A DNA stretch of 64,000 bases, taken from positions 2,917-66,916 of IMG/VR virus record IMGVR_UViG_3300005617_000008. One strand, 5' to 3'. The first letter of the stretch is position 1, and each line of letters begins with the position of its first letter. A program made the position numbers and the translations under genes. Under the pieces are notes generated by a model. It was not told the DNA's origin. It ran no database searches and saw only the letters and a list, made by a program, of their open reading frames with translations. The DNA comes from a virus. Below are positions 63,787-64,000 of this stretch, one piece after another.

Positions 63787-64000
63787 TGGTCGATCAGGTC
63801 AGGCCAATGTAATTCAGCAACGTCATCATTGGTCTTTGTAAATTCAAATCTGACGTTTTTAAGGTCGAGAGTCAGGGAATTGCCCTTATCAATCGCTACG
63901 GGCTCACGCAAAGGATCGAGTATCGAGGGTCCTCCGGCAGTCTCCATCATCCCGTAATGCGTTACCTCCCAATTTGCATCAGCGGTAAAGGTCGCCTGCC
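63783..64000 (-). CDS. Small virion structural protein (partial)
   Basis: Manual translation TFTADANWEVTHYGMMETAGG...IDKGNSLTLD; TGA overlaps the gpF ATG. Confidence 0.5.
   Translation of the reverse strand, partial: QATFTADANWEVTHYGMMETAGGPSILDPLREPVAIDKGNSLTLDLKNVRFEFTKTNDDVAELHWPDLIDQ

Noticed and set aside
1-64000. tRNA genes or CRISPR arrays
   Set aside because: No cloverleaf with T-loop/CCA and no regularly spaced direct repeats seen by eye; tRNAscan not run

Overview
The whole window reads as one tailed-phage (siphovirus-like) genome with no host genes. It is probably nearly complete and circularly permuted: a terminase-small-like gene runs off the left edge, and a virion gene plus a Mu gpF-like head gene enter from the right edge. 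TerL and portal therefore probably lie just outside (inference). The + strand (1.5-24.1 kb) carries early/middle genes: many small ORFs, a C5-MTase, a PD-(D/E)XK nuclease, NinB/NinG-like proteins, VRR-NUC, a LexA-type DNA-binding domain, DnaN, HAD, NUDIX, NADAR, a DEDD exonuclease, two HNH genes and a solo tnpB. The - strand (24.1-64 kb) carries the late genes: lysis-like membrane genes, tail, head-tail and head. The most striking feature is a virion-modification toolkit interleaved with the head and neck genes. It comprises GT25, GT-A, GT11 (fucosyltransferase) and GT4 glycosyltransferases, GDP-fucose synthase, FkbM-like and class I methyltransferases and a PrmA-like protein methyltransferase, next to a Ser/Thr-rich repeat virion protein. 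Other notable items: a ~270-nt multi-stem/pseudoknot RNA candidate upstream of that cluster; a stand-alone FixL-type PAS domain in a lysis module with no recognisable endolysin; homing endonucleases carrying recoded copies of the host gene C-terminus; an apparently immobilised but catalytically intact TnpB; and a repeated late-leader motif. No integrase, CI-type repressor, polymerase, helicase, tRNA or CRISPR array was seen. An Acidobacteriota host is a weak guess from the beta-helix protein. All family calls come from motif recognition by eye, not database searches.
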